Positions 34,794 to 47,433 of a stretch of 64,000 nt of DNA are shown here, piece by piece; within the stretch, counting starts at the first letter, position 1; each line of letters starts with the position of its first letter. The translations under genes were made by a program, and so were the position numbers. The stretch is from Perna viridis (Eukaryota), in NCBI GenBank assembly GCA_037379345.1, contig CM074519.1, forward strand, positions 26,996,103-27,060,102, in the 5' to 3' direction. The notes under the pieces were generated by a model. That model saw only the letters and a list, made by a program, of their open reading frames with translations, ran no database searches and had not been told where the DNA came from.

Positions 34794-35825
34794 AAAGGTC
34801 TGAAAAATTCCCAACGATGTTAGAACTGTCAAATTTGCGATGCAAATTTTTGGTCGTTCCCTCTGCGGGACTCGAACTCGTACCGCTATGACGTCTATTG
34901 CAACACCGCCTGCACTAAGTTCAGCGCCCTAGACCACTCGGCCAGCTAGGCTATATAAAAAATATAGCTTTCGCTGGCCGGGTCATACCTCCTCGTAGGA
35001 TTACATCGCAAATTTGAAAGTTCCAGCATCGTTGGGAATTTTTCAGACCTTTCTATACGTTTACATATCTTCCCTGTATCAATTTGATCCGATGGAGCAG
35101 TGTAGTGAATAGAGTCGTCACATTCTGAGATGTTTGTAAAATATAGATTCCAAAGCTATATTTTAATATAGCCTAGCTGGTCGAGTCGTCTAGGGCGCTG
35201 GACTTTGTACAGGCGGCGTTGCCATAGATGTCACAGCGGTACAAATTCGAGTCTCGCAGGCCCCGTGCAGATCCGGGTGTCAAAAGAATAGGCCTGCAGC
35301 AGCGATAAGCTTGTCGCAAAAGGCGACTAAATAGTGCTCAGAAACCTAGCCGGGGGCTAGGCGCTCTGGCCACAGAGCAATTGGAATGTGTGCCCCAGGT
35401 GGTGGAATGGGGTACCCCTGGCATGTTACAAGCTAGGCTTCTCAGGCTATAATACGGAAAACCTGACCGCAAACCGCACGTTGAAGAACCCTGCTGTGGT
35501 ATTCGATAGGAGTAGGAACCATTGCGCTCCGCCACAGGAGGCTAAATTGCCCAAACTTACCCATCCCTCCCATTTTCTAGTGGTATTCAAAATTTTTCGA
35601 CCTCATTATCCTTGTGTCCCATCCCTTTTTTTTTTCATTTCATCATCATTTCATGTTCATTTTATCATCCATTTCATGTTCATCGTCTGAATATAGCTGA
35701 AATATTGCTACTCGGACGTTAAACCCCAACAATCAATCAATCAATCGAGTCCCGCAGATGGTACGACCAAAATTTGCATCGCAAATTTGACAGTTTTAAC
35801 ATCGTTTGGAATTTTTCAGACCTTT
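34794..35825. mobile_element. tRNA-derived repeat (family C) in inverted/foldback arrangement next to (TA)n
   Basis: Minus copy with A-box TGGCCGAGTGG and B-box GTTCGAGTCCC (34860-34951); 49-bp inverted arms 34794-34842 / 35004-35052; plus copy 35152-35825 interrupted by family B. Confidence 0.75.
35260..35744 (+). mobile_element. Family B SINE-like element, full length, 13-bp TSD
   Basis: TCGAGTC(T/C)CGCAG at 35247-35259 and 35745-35757; (CAAT)n tail. Confidence 0.9.
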
Positions 35826-38289
35826 CTATATACATATTCATACTTTCCAAAAACCCACCAGTTCACTTATTTTTCTTGTTCAGAAACAGTTATTGATCAC
35901 ATAAGCATCTTAATTTTTCATTTGGTTTTGATTTGCACTTAATTTTGAGAAAAAAAAAACAGATTGTGTATGAAATTGGTAATATGCAAGAGTTGTAGTT
36001 CTCGATTTGGTTGATTATAATGGGAGATGAATGTATGAGTTTCTCAAAAATGCAGATCTCAATACAGAAAGGGTTATTGTTCCATAAAAACATAGCAAAT
36101 GTGTAAGAATCAGGTAATGAGTGGCACATCATTCTTCTCAATTTGTTTTTTTCCTTAAATATATTCATATACATCTAGAAAACAACTGAAAAGCTATTTA
36201 AAGTTATCCTGAAGCATTGGTGACATAGATATTTTTTGACTGCTTTTATAAGGAAAAAAAATTTCCCGCTTTTTTCCATAGTGCATTTTAACTAAATTTG
36301 ACCTATCAATATCTTAAAAAGGCAAACTTTACAAACACTTTGAGGGTAATTTCTTGAGGTTATGAGGTATAAATACTTGGATAACGCAATAAAATATCGG
36401 TGTATTTTTTTCATGTGCCAAAACTTATACACATTTTGCCTGAATCTTAGACGGTGAAGTACTTAATTGCTTAGTTCATACAAGTTAATAAAGCTTCCGG
36501 AACTATTGAATGTTTGTGAAGCCCATTTCATATTCCATCTCTCAAAAAAATGTACGTACCTTGTTTCTAAGAGAAAGCATAGTCTTGCAGAATAGATACA
36601 AGTAAAAGACATACAACTCAACACGTCAAGCTTCCAAGGCAGCTACATGTAACATATATCATAAAAATTATATTCAGTCTTTGTTGATTTAATCACTACA
36701 TGTTTTACGTCGTTACAATTAGACGGGTAAGAAGTGTAAGATTAGACAAGGTACATTGTTAGAATTCACGCCTTACCGGATTGACAACCCACCAAACTAG
36801 ACACAAACCGGATTTGACTCACTTGAAATGACAGGTGGAGTTTGCGGAGCAAGACATTTTTACCCTTGTAGGCACATAATGCCTGTCCCGTTTATTTTTG
36901 CTGTCTTATTTTCCATAGTTTCAGAGGTATATGAAATTGTAGTGTATTCGGTTTACCTTATTGTGGTTGAAGATGTCTCTATTTCCCAAATATTAAAACA
37001 TCTTGAAATCCATTAAAACGTTTTTGAGTTATTGCAAATGGCGTGGACGGACTGACAGACAGTAATATACACTCCAGTCAGAAGACGGTAGTGTAAAAAT
37101 TGACAAAAAGTCAATAACTTCCCTGAATTAAAACTTGTGGACAATCAGAGCCTAAATGAGTCTGAAGAACCACCAAATAACTAAACATGACAATACCAGG
37201 TACAATGTACAAAATATTAACTCAGTGCAGATCTAGGGGAGGGTGCATGGCATTGGCAACCTTCCTTTTTATTAGAAAATTTGTTTTTTCTTGTGTAAAA
37301 TTGATTAAAAGTTGTAAATAATGTCCTAACAACCCCCTTTTTCTGAGAACCCTGGCTAGCACCCCTAAATTTCATAGTGTCTGGATCCACTGGTTTAAAT
37401 TCATCTGTCAATAAAACCGATCTAAAGCTAAGAGCGGATTCAGCCACTGTGAAACGATCATTTGGAAGTGTTTCAGTTAAGTGAAGTTGAACCAATGATC
37501 ATGATGGATTATCTTATAAATAAACCTTCTACATCACTTTTAAATAAACACCTATTTTACTTTCTTTGCAGGACAGTAAGAGCCAGTGACCCAATTTTAA
37601 ATAACAAGCTCCCTCTAGCAGCAAGCACATTGTAACAATATATCAAAATTTTATTACCTTTGGTTCACTACAGCTAAAGATATTGCAAGGAAATGAAAAA
37701 ATAAACAACTACCCCTACAACAAATGACAACAACACATAACATAATACAACAATATTTTTTTGCTGTTATATGAGGACAAAACAGAACCCCCTCAAATGG
37801 GTATAAATTCCATAAAATTTGGTGGATTATACATTCCTGGTAATATGCACAACAACATATGTCCTTACTACAAACAAAGTTTTATGAAATTGGGTGTAGT
37901 AGTTCCCAAAGAATGGTGCTTCCAAATGTGTCACAGACAGACAGACAGGGCAAAAACAATGTATCTCTCTAGTCTCTACCAAAGTGACTGACTTCAATAC
38001 ACTTTCTCAATATAAACTATTATTTGTGTCTTCTACATGTTTTGTATAAAGGAAATCATTATTACAAGGTAACTTTAATGTTATTTATAACACTATACAT
38101 CAAAAATAATCATGGATCACATTAAATAAAAAATGAGATTTTGATGAACTGTATATGCTAAGTGTCGAATTGATTCATCGTCATCAAACTGCCGATGTTT
38201 TATCAAAAAGCTGTGGGGCTCCATGGTCTCCCATCTTTGATAAATCAAGTTAACGCACAGCATATCAGCAAGTCCCTTATTTTGCCATA

Positions 38290-41200
38290 CTAGTCATCCT
38301 GTTCAATATCTGCATAAATGGCTTTCACTGCATCTAATTGTTTCTGAAATGAAAGAGAAGCAAGTTGTAAAAACAGTGCAGTGACTGGAAAGTCTTTGCA
38401 TCAAGAAATATACAAGACAATGTCCATTGTACTTTTTGAGTACCAAAAAAAAAAAAATAGTCCTCTTTCCTGTTACCAGCAACTGCCAAGAAGAAAAACA
38501 GGAGAGGTAAGTAGGGTAATTAGTTTTCTTTTCAAAAAGTATTTTACATCAAGTTTATGGGGAAATAATCTGGACTTTTATAAATGCTAGAGCTAAAATT
38601 GGCATAAAATGTTTCTAGTAAACACCCAAAACAATATGTGATAGGTAGGGTAGCAGGACAATCAGGACTACATGTACTTGGCTACACTAAAAAATAACCT
38701 CCGATGCAGACAGAATTTCTTCTTGAAAAATTTGATGGAATTGTAGTGACATGCGTATCAAATAATACTATCCACTAGATGGCACTAAAACATTTAGTTT
38801 CACTTTCATAAAAATAAGTTTTATGTGGTTAAACTATTGTGTAGAAGTCACTACATGTACGTCATTTTATGGACCTAAGATGTTAATGGACTAAGCACTA
38901 CATGTAGGCTGATGTAAAATTTGGTCCATAAAATCAATTCTTTGGTATGATACAAAAGAATCCTTACAGTTTAGTTCACATAGCAATATGATCTTTAATT
39001 AAGGTACTTTGACACCATGATCTATAAACTAACAATAGTTACAGAATGTCAAAAGTCAGCATTTTATCCAATGAAATTTTGAAATGAATGTTGTCTTCAT
39101 TGTCATGCTACATTTGTATGTACATGTATGCCCCCATTCATACAGAAATTTGAAATTGAACCAATGATTGGGATTAGAGGCGATCTATGTTTTATTTACA
39201 TGTACCACAATCCAGCTGTAAATGTCCAATTACATTGTAAAATCAGGATTTTTTCAAAGAATTCAAGTTAAAGAATGACCCATTGAATTTTGACTGCATT
39301 ATAAAGAGACCCACTCTCATTTTTTTAAATCCTTAACACTGTTGAACAGCAACCAAAATTGTGTACAGTGTATGACCCATCTATATAACGCCACATACAC
39401 AATCCATTGAGAGAGAGTCAAGATTTTTTGTGAGAACATTTTTCTCTATCATTCAATACAGTGAAAAATGGGAAAGTTCAACTAAACAGGATATTGATAT
39501 TAAATGGAAACCAATATCATTTACAGCATGTAAAGTTAAAATTTTAAATTAATCCATTCACTGTCAGTTAAGATACATGTAGCAATTGCAATAAAACAGG
39601 GTGAACAGATGGCATACGGGCAAGGTGATTACAATTCGTTGTGTGACAGTACATGTACTTTGGTCACCGTCACAGTATCTTAAATGGTTTCCAAAATAGT
39701 CTGACTCACTTTTTCATTGACAAAATCAGTTTTACATAATATTAACAGTAGAAGGTACATCAAAAGATACTTGTATGAGCATACATTAAAAACTACTTTT
39801 GCAAAAGAAAATAAGTGAAAACCACATTAGAAGTGTGTTATTATTTGTCCAATGACTAAAATTAACCTAAAGCATCATTTTGATGATATATAAAAAATGT
39901 AGGGACCAAGTTTTAAATAAAAGATCAAAGGAACAATGAGAACTGACCAAGTAACCCTCCACTTATTTAAAGTTTCTGGCAAAATCTGAATGATTTATAG
40001 GGGCAAATGATCCACTGGTGCATCGCCATTTTCTAAGTTATGATTCCGATCTGATTCTCATGAAGCTTAACAGAAGTCAAAAACCAGGTAATGATAGCTG
40101 AAACTTTTGTTTTTAAATCATAAACGATTTATCTGCTGTTTTGACATTTTTAGATTTGATGACAGTGTAGGGATAAAGGATAGTCATTTCCTACAGACTT
40201 GACTTTGCGTCATTTTTTTTGTAGCTGGTTGAAATCTAAATGAAATAACACAAACAAGACATGTCTGGAAAATATGTACACTGTATCCATCAATAATAGT
40301 GATATTCATCAGATTGTGGCAGATTGGAATCGTTCAACCCCTTATGACTTATAGGAAGGGAGTGTTTTTGTTTAATGTTCATTGCTATTCATCAAATGTT
40401 TTTTTCTACAGATTAGGTCAATTTTCATCTTTTATGAATAGTTTCCTTAGATTTATTTGTGGGCCTTTTACAGCTTGCGTAATGGTATGGGTTTTGCCCA
40501 TTATTGAAGACCATGTGGAGACCTGTAGAAGTTTAATTTTCTGTCTCATTGGCAGTCTCATACAACCCTCCTATTTTCACATTGACATTCTATACATGCA
40601 CTCTACTATCAACAAAAATTTTAATTTCTCCATTCTCCACAGTGGAGATGTTATGAGTGGAGTCATAGTGTCTCCACTCTCCACAGTAGAGTCACCATTT
40701 CAAAAATTGTTTGTAGTTTATTACTCCTGTCTTTATACCAAATATATTTAAAGGTTCTAACTGTTCAATAACATTTCTCATTTATGGTCAAAAAAAAAAT
40801 ATTTATGAGTGAAAAAATGGAGCAATTTTATCCTAGTTTCTACTTAGGTGGAGTCAGTGTCACAAGCCACTTAAGTGATCTTTTTAGATGTTTTAACACG
40901 GATCGGATGCACAGTGTGAGTTATGAACAACATACATGTATCTGTGCTCTATGGACAAGGTCAAAGAATTATTTTGTGGACAGAGAGCTCTATCCCTCAC
41001 ATGCAAAGACTAAAATCATACAAGTTTACTGAAGCAAAGATAATCGAAAGCATGATCGTAAGGTACTAAGGAGACTGAAAAGATGCATGGCGTTTCAGTT
41101 TGCTTAAAGTTCGTCAATACCTTTCAACAAACAAGCCTGAATATCTGTATCTATGTAGCCTATTTGTCAAAAGCGACATGTACATGTTAAAGTATACCAA

Positions 41201-41359
41201 CAGAAACCTAGTACCTACCCCCTTGTTTAGTGCTCTATACAGAGCTTCAGCGCCGTTATTTAGGGTTGTTTCAAAGGCAATAGCGGATACTACTACTGCT
41301 ACTGCAAAGGTTGAAGACCTCCTGAAAATCCCTAAGTATAAATTTCGCAGCAAAACCAT
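38290..41359 (-). CDS. UQCR10: Cytochrome b-c1 complex subunit 9 (QCR9), 64 aa, two exons
   Basis: Exon 1 41359-41219: MVLLRNLYLGIFRRSSTFAVAVVVSAIAFETTLNNGAEALYRALNKG|GT (LY..FRR.STF...A..FE...N.G signature). Exon 2 38343-38290, after a CAG acceptor: KQLDAVKAIYADIEQDD*. Confidence 0.85.
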
Positions 41360-44300
41360 CTTTATCTTATCGCCAGTTTCGGCAAGCAGTTTTGGAAGTC
41401 ACCTTCGATGAAATGACCGATTTACCGCCTGGGCAAGAATATCATAAATTTATTGCATGTTTATTTATAAAATTTTTGTAAGATTTATCTTTTTCTCAAT
41501 GTTGGTCTTAAAGAACTATTTTATAAATGTATTGGTTTAATTCATATGTCCCAATTCGGATTAATAAAAATGCTTCTTGTGTAGAACTATTTAGGTCGGA
41601 ATATAGGCTAAACCGTTTACCTCCTCATTGAAGAGTTATTCGAAATTAAACAACCAAATAACCGCAAGATAATGTTACATAACCAACAAAGAACAACGTA
41701 CGATATAAGTCACAACAATTTGACAAAATACATCTTCATTTAATTATGCTTGATGAAGCCAAGCCCACATCGTTTTTCTCTTATACTCATTGAAAAAAGT
41801 TTTTTTTTCTTTGAACAATTGATTTTTTTACATGTATTACTGATTATTACATATAGGGGAATTCTCTTCATGTTTGACATTTCAAACGTTTTGTTATGAA
41901 TTAATGCTTGATTACTTTACCACGGATAAGTCCTTAGTTAATATACCAATCAGGTTTCATATAGACCACACTAAAAGAGTCTATATTTATCTTAAAACAG
42001 GCCTTTCTATTATCTAAGTTCCTCGACACTGGTCACCTATTTCTGCGTATGCAAATCTCGTAATGAAATTACATGCATGAAACATCTTTTTACTCGAAAA
42101 GGCCTTGGAAGGAAGCCTCGGTTGATTCGACAAAAATTAAAATATATGAAATAAAACTTAGAGAATTATTCATATAACATCTTAACTATAAATGTACATG
42201 TATGTGACAATGCTAAGGATGGTGGGGATAAAAAATACTAATATTGCTTATTTTATATTATTTGTATATCGTATTAAGATAAAGGTAAAGATCATCTGTT
42301 CTAAGACCTATAAAAAAAAACCAAACCAAAACGATAAACAGGACAGATCCAGAAATTTAAAAAGGCTATTCCAGGCTATTTTTTGCTTATTTTATCCAAT
42401 TTTGCATGATATGAACATTTTTTTTTCAAAAGAAGGAGGTCCTAACCCCAGACCCAGCTCTGCATAGATCCGTCACTAATGATTAATATTAAGGTCGGTA
42501 ATTATCGTCAAATGAAAAAGAGAAAATCTTTTTTACGTGTACAGCATATCGAAATTTGCATTATAGATGATTGGTATTTTTTTTTTTTTTTTGTGTATTT
42601 AAATGATATGAAGCTGTAGAAGAACGATCCTTTTCTTTTAAATTTTAAAAGGAACAAAAATCTAAGGATATTAGACATTTTCATATTTATTTAACCGAAT
42701 TAAAGGTTATAAAATTTCATATTTCTATAGAACCTACATGTAGGATTATCAAAAGAGTTTCATAACTTATGAAACAAATCTGTGAGGTAGCCATAGTTAC
42801 AAATGTACATATGTACCTGTATTTATGAAGGGCGGAAAAAATTCCAAGTTTCCAATATATAACGTTTCTTTTGTTTTCAGAAAGGCTGAGGAGTTCCGAA
42901 TAAAACACCGAGGTATTCAGACAACAATCAATGGAATATTTTGATAACAATTTTTTTCAATGACCAGGAAGTAAATTAAATTAAATGCCGTGCAAAGCAA
43001 GGCAAAAAATATTATGGGGTGAAACTTATGGTGAAAATTATTTTTCTTACCGATTTAGAAGGGGCGTACGCCCGGTACGCCAGTCCTTGGATCCGCGCCT
43101 GATGACCTCAGCTATGTTTAGACAATCCGTAATTTGGTACTTATAGTATATAGATGGATCGATCCGTTCTCATTGACGAGCAATTGTTTCCCCCTTGCCT
43201 TAATATGATAACGATATACATAGTGACCATGCAATCCTTCCGTTCGTCCGTCACTATATTTATAGATCCTACTACATGTATCTGCAATACAAGCCAATTA
43301 TTAAACTTCCTCTAGACCCAAGGAAATTCGAGGTTTCTCATCCCAAGGCAAATATATTTAGTCACATACATCAACGTTATATTCCAAGCAACTAGTATAA
43401 TGTCAAAAGAAGATACACAGAATATTTGAATACTAATATATATCAAATGAACAAAAAGACAACATAAAAAATATTCAATATTCATTTTCACGCGTATTCA
43501 GTAACCTTTGGTAAGTGGACAATTCATTGGTAGTATATAGGTAGTCCTTTGAGTTTTAAATGAAGTAGATTTCAGCAAGTGAGTATTTAAACCTTCCTCA
43601 ACATATTTTAAAATTTATTCTTGTAAATAATAAATCCACCCACCGTTTTACAAAATGCACCCCCCAAAAAACCAACACATTTTATACAAAACTTTTGCAC
43701 TTACCGTTCCGCACACATTATCTTCGAGTGCGCCAATTTACCGTTCACTTGCGCAGTATATCAATTGCACCAAAAAAAAAGAGAGAGAGACAATATAATT
43801 AAATAATTTATTCCCTGCTTCCTTTCCTCGACTTGGGTCGGTTTTTTTTTCTGTGGAACCCCGGCCGACACCCTCCTTTTCAATGTGTCTGGATCCGTCT
43901 TGGGACGACTGTTTTTAAGGATGGACCAGAATTTTAAATAAACTAGACACTGGTAATTTCTTTAACCTTATTACCATATGTAAGTGGTATTTATTATTGC
44001 CTACTTAGCTGCTTTGCACGTGCACCTGAACGTTAAGAATATGGTGAAAGATTGGAGTGCGACTGGGTGTTTTTCTAATGCAAAACAGATATCACGAAAA
44101 TTGTTTTTTTTTTTTTTCGTTCTGAGGCACAAGATACAAGCATATTTCCGGTTTTATGCTTGACAGACGATTAAAGTAAACTAAAATTCGATTTACAAAA
44201 TTTTCCAACAGAACTGGGGGTTCAACCCCGAAAATATATACACCTGGATCCGTAACTGTATAAAACAACATAGTAATCATGGCAAATGTAGATATGCAAT

Positions 44301-45754
44301 TAAAAACACAGGAAACAATTACGATACAGAGATACAATGGCAACCAAACAAACACGCAAATTTCAGCTACATGTACATGTATGAAGCTGAATAAAATGTA
44401 CAGTGAATGAAACTGACACTACCTTGGCAGAATACACATATGCAAGATTTATAATGACTGTCACTTCCTTGAGGTGTACATGTTATGAACAGGAAGATTG
44501 CTAATACGATAGTGAATTCTTTGCTTTTCTTGTAGCAAGGTAAGCCGTATTACCTTATTGATGCATTGATTTATAACTTTAAATTTTGATAAATGTTTTG
44601 GGCATATCAATCGTAATACTATCTTGAAGTTTGTGTGAAATACATAATTGATAAACTATCCTTCAATTACAACAAAAGTGAAGTTCTGATTTTATAATGT
44701 AATTAGTACAAATAAAAACTCATTGTGTCATGGGTTTTTAATTAAAACGATTTTTTCCACTTTCAAACTAAATTTTGAAATGATAATTAACACTTAACTT
44801 AGTTCAAATACCCATTATTTTGCAGTTAGCACATTGCTTCGGTACAGCGGAATGCATCTTTTACTGAAACAATGCATTTCACAAATAAATGGAATCAGAA
44901 GGATCTATTATGAAGTGAAACGTTGCCAGAATAATCTACCCCACTCCAAGAAATACCTAAGGGAAATTTTCTCACAATTCAATAACGCCGTTAACAGTAA
45001 AATGAGGTTTTAAATTGCAACATTTAATTTAAAATGTGTCTAGAGTCATGCTAAAAATTAAAAAAAATTAATTAAAAATATTCATGTATAAATGGAAGTG
45101 AAAACTAAATGAGACTTAAATAATAATTATATGATATAATTCACACATCCAAATATAAAAAAAATCTCTGAAACTATTATAAGCACTACACAAAATTTCG
45201 AACCAACGATAAGAAGGGAGAAATTTAAAGTCATCGAGAGAATATTGACGAGCTTTTCAATGTCAATGAAAGATCATTCATGTCATGCTACCATTAAAAC
45301 AACCATTGCAATCATCATCTCAGTATGCAGTTACATTTTTATACAGCATACAAACCATCAGCTTTTATTAACATAAAAAGCCTCACCTGACATGCGGAAT
45401 GTTATTACTTTAATCATCGACGTTGAGTACAGTGTATACAATGTTTTGTTGTCTTGCATGGTAGTCATGTGATCTAATTATAGCCAAACACTTGCTTAAT
45501 GTACATGCATGTAGGATTTTGGTTGCTAGTTCACATGAAAAAAAAATCATGTAAAATTCACGTTCAGTTTGGGGTAATGAAGCTCACTGAGGATTGAAAG
45601 CGAAGTTAATCTAGAATTCAATCGACTGATTATTTCATCTCGAAGCATGATCGCAATCTCTTTGCTTGATTTGCTGAAAATCATGTAAATTTACGTGAAG
45701 TATTTTTATGCTTCACAGTTCCCCTAACTCATTGAACAGAGGAATTTCAGAAAC

Positions 45755-47433
45755 ATGCCATATGTAAGTATAATTATATTGTCGATATGAGTATTTAGTC
45801 TAGTTTACCGTCCACTCAAAAAGAGCGACATTGAACGAAAGCGTACATAAACTGATGTCGTAAATTGCAGAAATATAGCTCGTATCAACATCCACAAATT
45901 GTTTTCAATAATTAAAAAGCAAGCAGGGGCAAGCAACAAGCAGAATTAAAACAACGATAAATACCTTAGAACGGTGTAAATGAAATAAAATTGAACTGAA
46001 CACACAAACCATAAAACAAGCGCGTATTAGTTTCGCGGTAAAATTGAAGATTTCATTAAAATGTTCAAATAATACTAATATTCAATTAACGGCTGTACAT
46101 ACTGGCAATACTTGATAAGAAAAAGTTTCATGAAAAAATTTGGTTCATACATATATTAAATTTCAAGACCCAGTAAAGACTGCTACAGTGTACATGTATT
46201 TTTTTTATCAAATCTTAGTTAGAATTGTCAACTTTGAATCAGGGGCTAGAGGTTGGAGAGTACTGCAAGTTTTGGATAAAATGTAATGGTAATCCTGCAG
46301 AACCGGGGTTAGTACATTATGTAATATACAATAATTTCATATTAAACGTGGACTTTGTGTGGGTAGAATTTTGCGACTTGCAATCTACCTACATTTTGCA
46401 TGAACGATAAATGAAAAAAAAATCACCTGACATAATACATTGATATAAAGGTGGTCTTCGAAATGAACCTAAAATATACGTCATAGACTTTGCGCCTTTA
46501 TTATTGTCTTGACATTTATAAAATAACACACTCGGTATATCAAATTGAATTCTACAAATTGTCAGATAACAATATAAAATCTAAAGCTAACGTCTGGTTA
46601 TCGGTAAAAAGCGTAAATTTTATATGCCTAAATTTACGATGATACCAGTTAGAATAATGTTATAACGAAAGTTGCATAAGAATTGTTATTGGATTACTTA
46701 TAGCTGAATTGGGAAACATCTATTTAGAAATGTTTGATGACAAACGATTAAAGCTTTGTCAGGTCAATAAATAAATAAGTTTTTTTTTCTAAACTTATTT
46801 TTTGCCTTTTTTGTTCGTTTTTTAATGTAATTTTGGTCATCATAACATTTTTACAAACTACTTTAAATACGGAATTCAATGACTCTATCCTACTTGTTAT
46901 TGCTTGCGAACATACATTATCCATGAAAGAAACTCTTTGTTTTGAAAACTTGATATGGTAAAGAAATGCTACGATACTACAAGTTGGTACCTTATAGGTT
47001 TGTTGACGGCAATACATGTATCTACCTAAAAATCAATTGAAAATAGTTTCGTGAAGTTATTAAATTTTAATAGTTCAATGCCATATTGCATTGCCTTTTC
47101 TTCCATTTAAGTGGTTATGCCATCAATCTACAAGAGAAGCCGGATGATTCAACTACCATTTTGTTCCATTTTAATCCCAGAGGAGCATCTTCAAAAGTCG
47201 CAATTAATTCTTGCATCAAGAAAAAGTGGAAGAAAGAAGTAACAATATCCGGTATGGATGTGAAAGACATCTTCTATGACAACCGATATGAATTGAAACT
47301 TTACATCAAAGATCGCCGCCAGGTTGGCGTTTACGTCAACGATGTTTTGAAAACTGATTACGTCTGTCCGGAAGACATTACCGAAGCTAGATACGTCTGC
47401 TTCTCCGATGACGTCAGTATCCTTACTGATTAA
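45755..47433 (+). CDS. Single-CRD (proto-type) galectin, ~139 aa
   Basis: Phase-consistent exons 45755-45763 (MPY), 46219-46307 and 47112-47433. Motifs YAINL, FHFNPR, VAINS, WKKE, VYVND. AATAAA at 47464. Confidence 0.82.

Noticed and set aside
34860-34951. Possible functional tRNA gene
   Set aside because: No proper acceptor stem or anticodon arm; it is part of a dispersed repeat with diverged copies.
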